Positions 23,669 to 34,662 of a stretch of DNA of 40,768 nucleotides are shown piece by piece. Location of the stretch: assembly GCF_006345805.1 (NCBI RefSeq), contig NW_021835949.1, positions 1-40,768 of the forward strand. The letters are read 5' to 3'. Each line of letters starts with the position of its first letter. Position 1 is the first letter of the stretch. This DNA is from Octopus sinensis. Lineage: Eukaryota. Under the pieces are notes generated by a model. It was not told the origin of the DNA and did not search any database. It saw only the letters and a program-made list of their open reading frames with translations. Both the position numbers and the translations under genes were made by a program.

Positions 23669-25064
23669 AAATGGCAAACAGTGCTACAGCTCCAAACAAA
23701 AGAGGGACTCATGAAAACCAAAGCCATCCCCATTAGAAGAGGAATATTCCAGGGAGACACGCTCTCTCCACTCCTTTTCTGCTTGGCACTGTAACCTCTA
23801 TCTCATATAATAATGACAGAATCTAGGATGCATCACCCAAAATCTGACGTAGATAGACTATATATACAACGTATAGAAGGTGGTAGAGGCCTTATACAGC
23901 TGGAAAACTACTATAAAATAACCACCATAGGACTGCAAAAATATCTACTTCAGAAGGAAGGAAAACTGATACAAATAGCGGCAAAACACGAGCAAAACAA
24001 AAAACTGTTCTCAGTATTTAAGGAAGCTGACAAATACAAACAAGAAATCATACCACCTAATAAATATGAAGAAGAAGAAGAAGAAGAAGAAGAAGAAGAA
24101 GAAGAAGAAGAAGAAGAAGAAGAAGAAGAAGAAAAAACAAAAGCTATAAAACAAATGAAATCCAAACTGAAAATAGAACAGCAACGAACCGTGATAAAAC
24201 GATGGCAAGAAAAGCCTCTTCATGGTAAATACTGGACTAAACTAAACGCAAAAGAAATAGACAAAGAAAAATCCCAGCAATGGTTGAAAAGCTCAGGACT
24301 CAAAGCAGAGACAGAGGGATTTTTTATTGCAGCACAAGACCAAAGCCTCCCCACCAGAAATTACCAAAAACATGTAATGAAAAGAAATATAACGAGTAAC
24401 TGCAGAATATGTGGAGATGGACAAGAAACTATAAATCATATTATCTCTGGCTGCCCAGTCCTGGCTAAGAAGGAATATATTCACAGACATGACAGAGTTG
24501 GAACCTACATACATTGGAAGCTATGCCAACATTATGGAATAACAACAGAAAAAAGATGGTATAGGCTCACACCAGAAAAGGTCACAGAAAACGAGAAAGC
24601 AACCATATTCTGTGATATAACGATACACACAAGTAGAGAAATTAAGGCCAACAGACAAGATATAGTTGTCCGAGATCATGAAGAAAAAAAATGCTTTCTA
24701 ATTGATGTATCAATACCGGCAGATGACAATGTGTCTCTAAAAGAAATGGAGAAACTTTCAAAATACAAAGACCTGGAAATAGAGGTAACCAGAATGTGGA
24801 ATCTAAAAACAGAAACAATCCCTATCATAGTAGGTGCATTAGGCATGATTAAAAAATATTCAGACAAATACATAACAAAAACACCAGGACTTACAAACAC
24901 ATATAACATACAGAAAATTGCACTACTAGGCACTGCACACATCCTACGCAGAACACTTTCCATATAATAACCATCAGAGCAGCACAACAAATCACAGCAC
25001 ATACCCAAGGCACACACAGCTGCGCTCGGTAGTGAAGTGAAAGCACGCTATAAAAATAAAACTA

Positions 25065-25067
<3 letters not shown>
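23669..25067 (+). mobile_element. 5'-truncated, internally deleted R4/Dong copy retaining the CCHC and RLE endonuclease region
   Basis: Starts in RT (KWQTVLQLQ..GIFQGDTLSPLLF), jumps at ~23803 to IMTESRMHHPKSDVDRLY, and ends ctactg+(AAT)n. It differs from the arm copies at several positions. Confidence 0.9.
23813..24967 (+). CDS. R4-type C-terminal ORF (post-RT region, CCHC finger, restriction-like endonuclease), 384 aa
   Basis: HPKSDVDRLY..R.EGGRGL, LHGKY, TEGFFIAAQDQSLPT, CRICGDGQETINHIISGC, RHDRV, RQDIVV, IDVSIP, K..KY..L; in-frame (GAA)22 at 24068-24133. Expression is unknown. Confidence 0.7.
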   Translation: MTESRMHHPKSDVDRLYIQRIEGGRGLIQLENYYKITTIGLQKYLLQKEGKLIQIAAKHEQNKKLFSVFKEADKYKQEIIPPNKYEEEEEEEEEEEEEEEEEEEEEEKTKAIKQMKSKLKIEQQRTVIKRWQEKPLHGKYWTKLNAKEIDKEKSQQWLKSSGLKAETEGFFIAAQDQSLPTRNYQKHVMKRNITSNCRICGDGQETINHIISGCPVLAKKEYIHRHDRVGTYIHWKLCQHYGITTEKRWYRLTPEKVTENEKATIFCDITIHTSREIKANRQDIVVRDHEEKKCFLIDVSIPADDNVSLKEMEKLSKYKDLEIEVTRMWNLKTETIPIIVGALGMIKKYSDKYITKTPGLTNTYNIQKIALLGTAHILRRTLSI

Positions 25068-25122
<55 letters not shown>

Positions 25123-25132
25123 TAATAATATT

Positions 25133-25201
<69 letters not shown>

Positions 25202-25220
25202 TATTATTATTATTATAATA
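25068..25220. repeat. (AAT)n tract at the R4 3' junction
   Basis: Directly visible. Confidence 0.95.
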
Positions 25221-26149
25221 TACGCACACTAACTAACGCATATATACGTATAAATACATATATGCGGACACACATATAAATATTAATAAAATAAAGAGAA
25301 AAAGATTATAAGTCCTGAGTGGTTCTCTCCCCTTGTGAGAAATTCTCCCATCATTCTATTTCTTATTAATCTCACTTGCTTCGGAAGCATCCGTAGGTGG
25401 AAGTACTAACAGTCGCCTGTCGAAATTCTCACGTGTGTGTTATACGATGCTAGAATTCTGAATGCTACTAATGGCAATGTACCATGGCGAAATGAAACAT
25501 ATAGGAAATTGATCCTTCCTAAGTCATCTTGACGTGGAAATACGAAAAGAGTCCTGGAATTCAAACCCGAGTAAAACGCAGTGAGGCATGTATGTAGTTT
25601 GTAGAGAAAACGGTAATCGATCTTACATGAAGAACTATAAAACAAGGTGAATAAGTACTGGAAAGAATGAGAGGAATAAAATAAGATCCTCCAAAGACTC
25701 ACAGGATAAAATCTTAAACAGTTAAGAGATTTTCCCTCTTGCTTTCATTCAATCTCTTTGACTCTTTGTCTCTCCTCTACTGGACCCAAAACAGAAAATA
25801 TAGATTGCTCTTGCGTATAACGTAAATTTAATTTTAAATTACTCTGAGGATTTCATTGCCTTACCTCTGTCTCTTCACTTTTTGTTTCCACTGTAAAGAG
25901 AGAAAAACAACAACAAAAAAAAAAGACAAAGAAGAGAAGAAGATCGATCGCATATAGTTCCTAAAATGTTTTAAATGAATATAGACCAACTAGTTTCATA
26001 ATCCCGGGATACGTTGCATCGATATGCTCCAATGAGAGCGAAATAACGTTATATGCAGGTACAAGGACACCCAAAATGGGAAAAAAATTTAAAAAAAACT
26101 ATTTTTAAGGAAATATTATTTCATGTTTGTTTTGTTTTTTGTTTTTCCA

Positions 26150-26352
26150 GTTTCAGCTCTTGGGCTGTGGCCATGCTGGGGCACCGCCATTGTGGTGAAA
26201 GAGTACAGCAGGGATCACCACCCCCTGCCGGAGCCTCGTAGAGCTTTTAGGTGTTTTCGCTCAATAAACACACACAACGCCCGGTCTGAGAATCGAAACC
26301 GCGATCCTGCGACCGCGAGTCCGCTGCACTAACCACTAGGCCATTGCGCCTC
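26150..26352 (-). mobile_element. tRNA-derived SINE (head family of 4377/5690; tail shared with the major SINE)
   Basis: Minus strand GGCGCAATGGCCTAGTGGTTAG...GGTTTCGATTCTCAGACCGGG...ccccagcatggccacagccca. Confidence 0.8.
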
Positions 26353-26407
26353 ATGTTCACTAAATCATAGGAAAATGCTATCACTCTATAATAATGAGGC
26401 AAAAAGA

Positions 26408-29043
26408 TTAAAAATGAAAAAAGAGTGTAAGTCCTGAGCGGTTCTCTCTCTTGGAGGGAAAATTTTTCCTCCTTTCTATTTCGCAAACTCTCTTTCTCTG
26501 CGTGTTACTGCTCCAACGGTCGCCGAACAGACTGTTTAGCTCGTTATCGTCAAAGTCTAGAGTTTCCCCGAGAACTTCGTCGCATTTTTCTTCCACGAAT
26601 CCTCTATAAAACGTTAGAGTGGAACTACTACCGATCGCATTGCCCGCTTGGCGGAGGGCTGAGAGAGCTTGACGGCACTCGAGGTGCCAAGCGCCCTTTC
26701 TCGGTTTGCATTTGATCCAAGATTGCAGCTCTGTCAAAGAGACGAACTGCGGAAAGTCGCGTCTGAAAAAAGACGACCACACCTGTTCACCGTCTAGGAA
26801 ACGCTTGAGATGCCGTAGCCTGAGCGTATGTCTGCGCATCAGTAAACAAGGCATGCCAAGGCCTCCGTTCATCGGCCGTTGACAGCAGATGGAGCGCCTG
26901 GCCAGTGGTACTCGACCCTTCCACAAAAAGTTGAAGAGCAAACGCACCAGCTTGGTTAACCAGCGATCGACACATGGGACGACGGTCAATCGGTAATAGA
27001 TGACGGATGCGATGTACGCATTCGCCACCTTCGCTCGACCTTTCAGGGACAGCTTCCTCTCGGCCCATTTCTGGGTGAGATTGGCCACCCGGTTCGTCAC
27101 TTCTTCCCAGTTTTTATCCACCTGGAGGTCTGGACCGAACCAGACCCCGAGCAGTTTAACGGGTCCGTCTGCCCAGCGCCCTATGACGCTGTTGGACGGC
27201 ATGGACTTGCCTCTCGAGGTGCCTAGTTGCAAGCCCACGGACTTTTCTGCGTTAATATTTGCACCTGTCACCGCTTCGTACTCGTTTAGTGTCTCGCCGA
27301 TCAGGCCAATGTGGCTGTGGCTCGACACCATCACGGTGACGTCGTCGGCATAGGCAGACACTCTGTTTCCACCTCCTAGATCGCGCGGGATACCCCTCAA
27401 AGCCTCCAACTTGCTCAGTAATCACTCGAGAGTTAATACGTACAGGAGGGAGGAGAGAGGGTATCCTTGGCGAACCGAACGCGAGATGTCGAACGGCTCC
27501 GAGCAGAGTGATGGGCCTAAAGTTCCCTATAACGTCCACCTTGTTTGTGTCCTTTCTCAGCAAAGCCACCACTCCTCGACAAACAAAAGCAGGAATTCTC
27601 CCGTTTTGTTGTCAGTTGCAGTAGACGTTTGCCAAGAGGCCCGCAAACAAGTCTGGCATTGAAGTGTAAAGCTCGTAGGGCAGAACATCCAAACCCGGCG
27701 ATCTGCCTCTCGTGCAGCTCTTCATTGCTTCCTCCACTTCCCAGGCAGATATCGGTCTTTCGCAGCACTCCACCTCGCTGTCCGAGAGTTGCGGTAGGCC
27801 GTCCAGGTACACACTGAAGTATGTCCCGTTGTCCGTCCCAAACAGTTGAGCAAACACCGCACACATCTGCTTTGGCTCGGAAACCTCGCACCCGTTCTGG
27901 TCCACCAAAGACCGAATGGTCGCTTTGTTGCCGCGCTTCGCCTCCGCCACGCGGGCCCATCGAGCGGCCTTAGTTCCCTCCCCGCTTAGCGAACGTGCCT
28001 TAGCTCTGACAACGCAGCCTTCGTGTTTGGCGTCAAAGTGTTGGTCGAGGGCCAACCTTGCCGCCAATACGTCGGTTGCAATGCCTGTCTCAAGAGCCTC
28101 GTCTAGTTTTCTAACTAAATCCCGCTCTGTTTTCCTACGTTCTACTGCTTGAGCTTTAATAAACCTAATCGATTCTGCTCCAATTGTTCTCTTGAGAGCA
28201 AACCACCAGTTGCTGTTGATGACTGTCCCCGTGAGAGCCCGTTTAACTAATAAAATAATCCGGTCTCTGTAGGCTTTGCACGCCGTTAACGATGCGTTCA
28301 GCTTCCAGTAGCCAGGACCCTGTCTATGTAGCCAATCTAAGTCGATTGTACAGATCACGAATTTGTGGTCCGTGTAGTCGACTAGGTGGAATTGTGGACA
28401 CCTTATGCTGTCCTTATCCGCTGGCCTACAGAAAGTACGATCTAGACGATCCGATGCGATTAGTCCAAGTCCACATTGGCACATTCGGGTTGTCCAGTCG
28501 AAACCTGCCGGACAGCTGAAAGCGCCTGAGCAGGTTGGCGAGGCTCTTGCACCCCTCTCTCCCATCAGATGCTCCCGTGCCCACCCGATCGAAACGTTCG
28601 TCTAAGACAGCGTTCCAATCCCCAACTAGCACTAGAGTGCGTGACGTTCCCAAGAAAACCTCCAAACGTTTGAAATAATCGGACTGCCCTGCCCCTGTCG
28701 GAGCGTAGGCAGCCAGCAGTCTGAAAACACCGCCGTCACTACCGTCAACGTCGAGGACCACCAACTTACTTTCTGGATCCAGGAAGACCGTCTTTATTTT
28801 CAAATCAAGGCACTTCCGAAACAACACCGCAGTACCACCACCGCCCGCTTCCGACCGACACGGAGATAGAAAAATCTCGTATCCGCCGAAAAGGGCTGCG
28901 AGTTACCGCGGGTCAGAGAGCCTGGTTTCGCTAATGGCTGCTACGTCCACGCTATGAAACCTCAGGTCGTTTAACGGGTGACCCTGTTTCCAACGTGACC
29001 CGAGGTCTCTCACATTTATGCTACCGATTCTGAGTTTGACCAT
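26408..29043 (-). pseudogene. Tx1-like ORF2 (APE endonuclease plus RT) pseudogene
   Basis: MVKLRIGSINVRDL, AISETR, LVGDWN, GPGYWKLNASL, GRSPGLDVLPYELY, NFRPITLL fused directly to SEPFDISRSVRQGYPLS (middle RT motifs deleted), AYADDVT, KLLGVWFG, GGLGMP. Multiple stops and frameshifts; no C-terminal zinc finger. Confidence 0.88.
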
Positions 29044-31100
29044 GTTTTAAAAGGGTATGAAGGAGAAAAAGGCTCTACTTACTGTTGTTGTTGTTGTTTG
29101 GTGTGGGTGGCTCCCTTGTGCTTTTGGACGGGTGTTTCCATCGGGTTTTTGTATAGTTTTTTTGAGAAATTTCTCCCTAGCGACCGAACATCGTTTGAGT
29201 ATTTCTCTTTAATTATGTTATATTTATTTTCATTGATTTTTATGGCGAGAATGTGTGCTGGTGGTGTGTTGTGTGTGGGTATAATAAAATCTGTAATTTT
29301 CGTGTCTGTGTTTTCCTTCAGGTATGTAATAAGTTGCTCATCTTTTGTGTTTATTGCTGTAACGGTGTCTGTGTGTATTGGTGTGTGTGGCAGTAGTGGT
29401 GGAGAAAGTGTTGTTGATTGTTGTAGTGAGTGCTTGTTGTCGTTGTTGATGTTGGGAAGCTCTATTTGTTCGCGCCTCAACAGTGTGTCATGTGTTGCTT
29501 TGTGTTTTTTCTTCTCTTTTTCTTTAGTGGCACTGTGTACCACTCCCCTTTCTCACTATCAGTGCTCGCACAATCCGAACTGATTTGGTCTGGAAAGGGG
29601 ACGTCTGTCGGGTCCGTTTCAACAGTTTGGCGAAATGCTGTTCATTCTGTTGGAAACGGCGGCGCTGCTATTATTGTTGGTGTTGGTGACGGTGCATCTG
29701 TTTCCTTCTGTGTGCTCTTTCTTGGTGTTGGTGTTGGTTTGGTGGTGGTTGGAGGTGTTGTCGCTCTTCGTGGTGGTGGTGGTGGTGGTGCAGAAACACT
29801 TGGTGTCCCACGCTTTTGTTGTTGTTGTTGTTGTTGCTGCTGCTGCTGTTGCTGTTGTTGGTGCTGCTGCCTCTTTCTTTTCTTTGCTTATAAATGGGGC
29901 AGTCCTTTTTTTAGATGTTTTTCGCTGCTGCAGAGGTACCACTTTGATTTTCGCCCCTCTACAGCAACGTGTAATCTGGTGCCGTCCGGCAAATTAACCG
30001 AGTCGGGTATGGCATTTATATTTTCCTGCTGAATTTTCACCAGCAGCTGCACCCTCATACCTGACCAGTTCCGCTCTCGCAACCTGTGCACTTCCAGAAT
30101 AGTGGCAGTGTCCTCTATGTTATAGATGACAGCAGCCACTAGCCAAGATATGCTTAGCTCTGGCGGCACCTGGTCAATTAAAATTTTTGTTACTCGTCGA
30201 CCAAGATATGTTGGTACGAGCAACAAATTTTCTGTTTGCAAGGGCGAAATAGCATGCTTCCTTGCCTCTTCCTCCGTTGGGAATCGAACCTCCACGGTTC
30301 CAAACCGCTTTCCTTTGGTCACATAGCTCTTTTGACCCCATATGGGCTTTAGAGCTATCTCTAGTTTTTGTGGTGCTGCATTGCTCAATTTCTTTCGAAA
30401 ATCCTATAGATGATTGTTTTTATATTTGTGTCATTTATTAGTTGTTGTCGTGTATTGAGGAAAACACTGTTTCCCTGTTTCCTCAACAACTCTTTTGCAC
30501 TTTTAATTTCTTCCATCGTAACTTTTATTTCCTCCGAGCTCTGTTTTGCAGCGGAGGCGAAACCCTTACGATGACTTTCACTTTTTGTGTCGTTGCTGGT
30601 GGTGGTGTCGGTGTCGTTGCTGGTCCTCTTTCTCTCCTTCTCCGGTACTGGAGTAATGGTGGAGGGAAGAGCAGGGAAATCTTGAAAGACATCAAAAGTG
30701 ACGCCTTCGTTTACACTTTCATTTGGAACGTTGCACGCGCAGGCACGTTCTTTCCAATTTTCTTGTTTGCCTTTTAAGGCACGAAATGGGCGGTTTGGAG
30801 CCGTTTTCGAAATTGTCTGTGTTTGTGGAGGGTGTGATGTTTGAAGAAGGGAACAGCTAATTGCTCTCTTCAACGACATTTTTTTGTAAAATAAATGTGA
30901 ATGTTTGCAAAAATTTAAAAGTTCAAACGAAAATTTTACCCCTAATAGGGGAAAATTTGCCTAACCAACTAGCTCCACAAGAAGTTAGTTGGCTTGGCCA
31001 CACAAATATACAAAAATATTTAAACTTTTTCCGAAGTTTCAGGCAGAAATGGTGCAAAAGCTTACGAGCTTCGGGAAAACACATCCGCCCACTTCGGAAG
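26520..31100 (-). mobile_element. Tx1/L1-clade non-LTR retrotransposon, decayed and 3'-truncated
   Basis: 5' UTR, ORF1 remnants and ORF2 with APE and RT in the canonical order; 5' end abuts (TTA)n. Confidence 0.88.
29079..30879 (-). pseudogene. Tx1-like ORF1 remnants
   Basis: Frameshifted pieces 30385..30879, 29888..30388 (RRM-like FGTVEVRF..EEEA; degenerate knuckle KWYLCSSEKHLKKG), 29619..29942 and 29079..29543, directly upstream of ORF2. Confidence 0.7.
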
Positions 31101-31101
31101 A

Positions 31102-31168
<67 letters not shown>

Positions 31169-31639
31169 TTAGGGAGTATAACTCCAAACATACAGGGAAA
31201 AATTCAATTTAGTATTAAATCAAATTTCACAATATAAATATATAATATATATAAATGTTTTATAATATATTTTATGTTTTCTTTATGATTTGGTTTATGT
31301 CTATCGTTGTTTGAATTGCATAATAGGGTTTTTTCTCTAATTTATATATATAATATATATATAGATATAAATATATATTATATATATATATATACAACAA
31401 GAAAAAGAAACAACAACGCGAAGACAGGGTACATGCAAAGTATTAAAAGAGACAGATTGATAGATGGATAGGTGGATGGATGGATGGATGGTTGGATGGA
31501 TGGATGGTTGATTGTAAACTACATCCTCAGGTAAAATTTTTAATATCTTTGTTACATATTAATGTCTCGACATCAAGTTCCAAAATCGCAAAGTTAATCT
31601 TTAAACAGAACGTTAGAAGTTGTGGAAGATAATAATAAT

Positions 31640-32175
31640 AATAAAATTAATATAAAATAATACGAATATCTATAAAAACGGAAGCGAATTTTTGTGATAT
31701 AATTATAAAATAACTAGTAGATATAATTAGTATAAAAAAAAGGAAAGTGGTATATTTATTACTAAAACTGTAGAAAATAAACGATAATACTAACAAACTG
31801 AAACCAAATAAATGTATTTAGAGACAATGTTTACGAAATACAGGGATGGATACCAACAAGAGAAATATGATAAATATTAAATTTTAGACATGAAACTATA
31901 AGTAAATATTTAAGAAATTCATAGAAAGTATGGAGTACAATGAGAATAATATGAATATAAATTAATAAGAGGGTTTTCTAAGAGGAGAAGGGGGATTTAT
32001 TAATAGATTAGGAAATAATTGTTACATAATTTTGGTATAAGAAAAAGAAAATCATATTGTAATCCTTTATAGAGACAGAATTTCCAAAATATAGGGCTGG
32101 ATATCAGCTGGATATCATCAAGAAGAATATGAACAACTTGAAATTAATGATTATAGGTTCAAATATATAAGTAAT
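31640..32175 (+). repeat. AT-rich repeat copy B' (mirror of 21710-22255)
   Basis: Reverse-complement match. Confidence 0.85.
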
Positions 32176-33067
32176 TACATGTTACCAGTAGCACTCGAAA
32201 GTGACCTGACATACATACATACATACATACATACATACATACATACATACATACATACATACATACATACATACACATACCCAAGCATGGCATCTATGTA
32301 CATCGTTCAAAATACGAGAATGCAAATGTACACATATGCAGATATATTTGTGCATCAGTATGCATGCGTGTGTGTGTGTGTATGTGTCTGCGTTCGTGCC
32401 TGTGTGTGTTTGTGTGTGTGTGAGTATGTGTGTGAATTTATAAATGACGAGAAAAATAGTATGGAGAAATTTACTTAACCATAGAAAAATTCAAATATCA
32501 CAATAGATTGTTTCATAAATTAAAACATGTACGCGTAATTTATTTTATAATATATATATTATTTTATGTTATCTATAAATAAATAAATAAATTTATGAAT
32601 AAATTCATTTATTCATAAATGAGTGATTTTCATGTCTGCATAAATACAAATGATAGCTTTATTGTTATTTCACTTCTTCACTAATAATAATCATTTATAC
32701 TCCATGTAATAATATTTAACTATTTTTATTGTCAATTGCATCATCTTCAATAAAACAATTCATACTTTGAACATATTTAAATACTAACAATGTTTATAAG
32801 ATATTTAGGTATAAAAGTAATTTTTAGCGTATCTACCTGTATTATAACTATAATTATGTATTTTAAACAATATTTTAATGATTGCATATCAATATTTTTT
32901 TTCCGATTATTTACGTCATATACTTTAATCTATCCCATTCTACAATACTGAATTATACTAATCTTATCCTATATTACTACCTATTCCCTATTTACTTATA
33001 TATTTGAACCTATAATCATTAATTTAATGTTGTTATTATTTTTATTGTTGATATCCAGCCCTATTAA

Positions 33068-33595
33068 GGCGGCGAGCTGGCAGAATCGTTAGCACGCCGG
33101 GCGAAATGCGTAGCCGTATTTCGTCTGCCGTTACGTTCTGAGTTCAAATTCCGCCGAGGTCGACTGTGCCTTCCATCCAATTGGGGTCGATTAAATAAGT
33201 ACCAGTTACGCACTGGGGTCGATGTAATCGACTTAATCCGTGTGTCTGTCCTTGTTTGTCCCCTCTGTGTTTAGCCCCTTGTGGGTAGTAAAGAAATAGG
33301 TATTTTGTCTGCCGCTACGTTCTGAGTTCAAATTCCGCCGAGGTCGACTTTGCCTTTCAACCTTTCGGGGTCGATAAATTAAGTACCAGTTACGCACTGG
33401 GGTCGATGTAATCGACTTAATCCTTTTGTCTGTCCTTGTTTGTCCCCTCTGTGTTTAGCCCCTTGTGGGTAGTAAAGAAATAGGTATTTTGTCTGCCGCT
33501 ACGTTCCAAGTTCAAACTGCGCCGAGGTCGACTTTGCCTTTCATCCTTTCGGGAGTGATATATTAAGTATCAGTTGCGTATTGGGCTCGCTCTAA
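33068..33595 (+). mobile_element. Tandem-body SINE (mirror of 20290-20816)
   Basis: GGCGGCGAGCTGGCAGAATCG head plus repeated units. Confidence 0.85.
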
Positions 33596-33719
33596 TTGAG
33601 TGGCTCCCTCCCAGGATATCCAGCTTTATATTTCGGAAACTCTGTCTCTATAAAGGATAAATATATGATCTTCCTTTTCTTATACCAAAATTATGTAATA
33701 ATTATTTCCTAATATCTCT

Positions 33720-34115
33720 TTCTCTTCTCTCTTTTACTTGTTTCAGTCATTTGACTGCGGCCATGCTGGAGCACCGCCTTTAATCGAGCAACTCGACCCC
33801 GGGACTTATTCTTTGTAAGCCCAGTACTTATTCTATCGGTCTCTTTTTTGCCGAACCGCTAAGTGACGGGGAGGTAAACACACCAGCATCGGTTGTCAAG
33901 CAATGCTAGGGGAACAAATACAGACACACAAAGAAACACATATATATATATACGACAGGCTTCTTTCAGTTTCCGTCTACCAAATCCACTCACAAGGCAT
34001 TGGTCGGCCCGGGGCTATAGCAGAAGACACTTGCCCAAGATGCCACGCAGTGGGACTGAACCCGGAACCATGTGGTTGGTTAGCAAGCTACTTACCACAC
34101 AGCCACTCCTGCGCC
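33720..34115 (-). mobile_element. Full-length SINE (mirror of 19761-20160)
   Basis: Reverse-complement match. Confidence 0.9.
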
Positions 34116-34662
34116 TAATATCTTAATAAATCTTTCTTTTCCTATGAGACAACTGTCTTCTTTATTTATACTAATATTATTCTCATTGTACTCCATACTT
34201 TTTATGAATTTCTTAAATATTTGCTTAGAAGTAAACTGCAAAGTGGTGGTGATCTGCATTTTGAGAGGCTACAAGAGTTTTCAAAATCAATGCACAGATG
34301 AAGGGAGCTAAATAATAATGATTTCTTGATTGTTCTCTCCCTTGCATTATGCCTAGACTTGGTTTTTTTGCATGAATTTCCATCCACTAAATTTAATATT
34401 GTTAGTATTTCTCGTACTTATCAATCCCTGTATTTCATAAACATTCTCTCTATGTACTTTTATTTAGTTTCTGTTTGTTAGTATTATTTTCTCTGCTTTT
34501 ACAATCTTTTATTTTCTACATTTTTAATAATAAATATACCACTTTATTATACTAATTATATCTACTAGTTATTTAATAATTATATCACAAAAATGTCCAT
34601 CCCTTTGTTAGATAATCGCCGTATTATTTAATTTTTATATTATTATTATTATTATTATTATT

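Larger units (their letters stand above)
32990..34640 (-). repeat. AT-rich repeat copy A' (mirror of 19225-20893)
   Basis: Reverse-complement match including both SINEs. Confidence 0.85.

Noticed and set aside
26270-26352. tRNA-like sequences with A and B boxes (also 4377, 5690, 19761, 33068)
   Set aside because: They lack a proper acceptor stem and continue into shared SINE bodies, so they are SINE heads, not tRNA genes.
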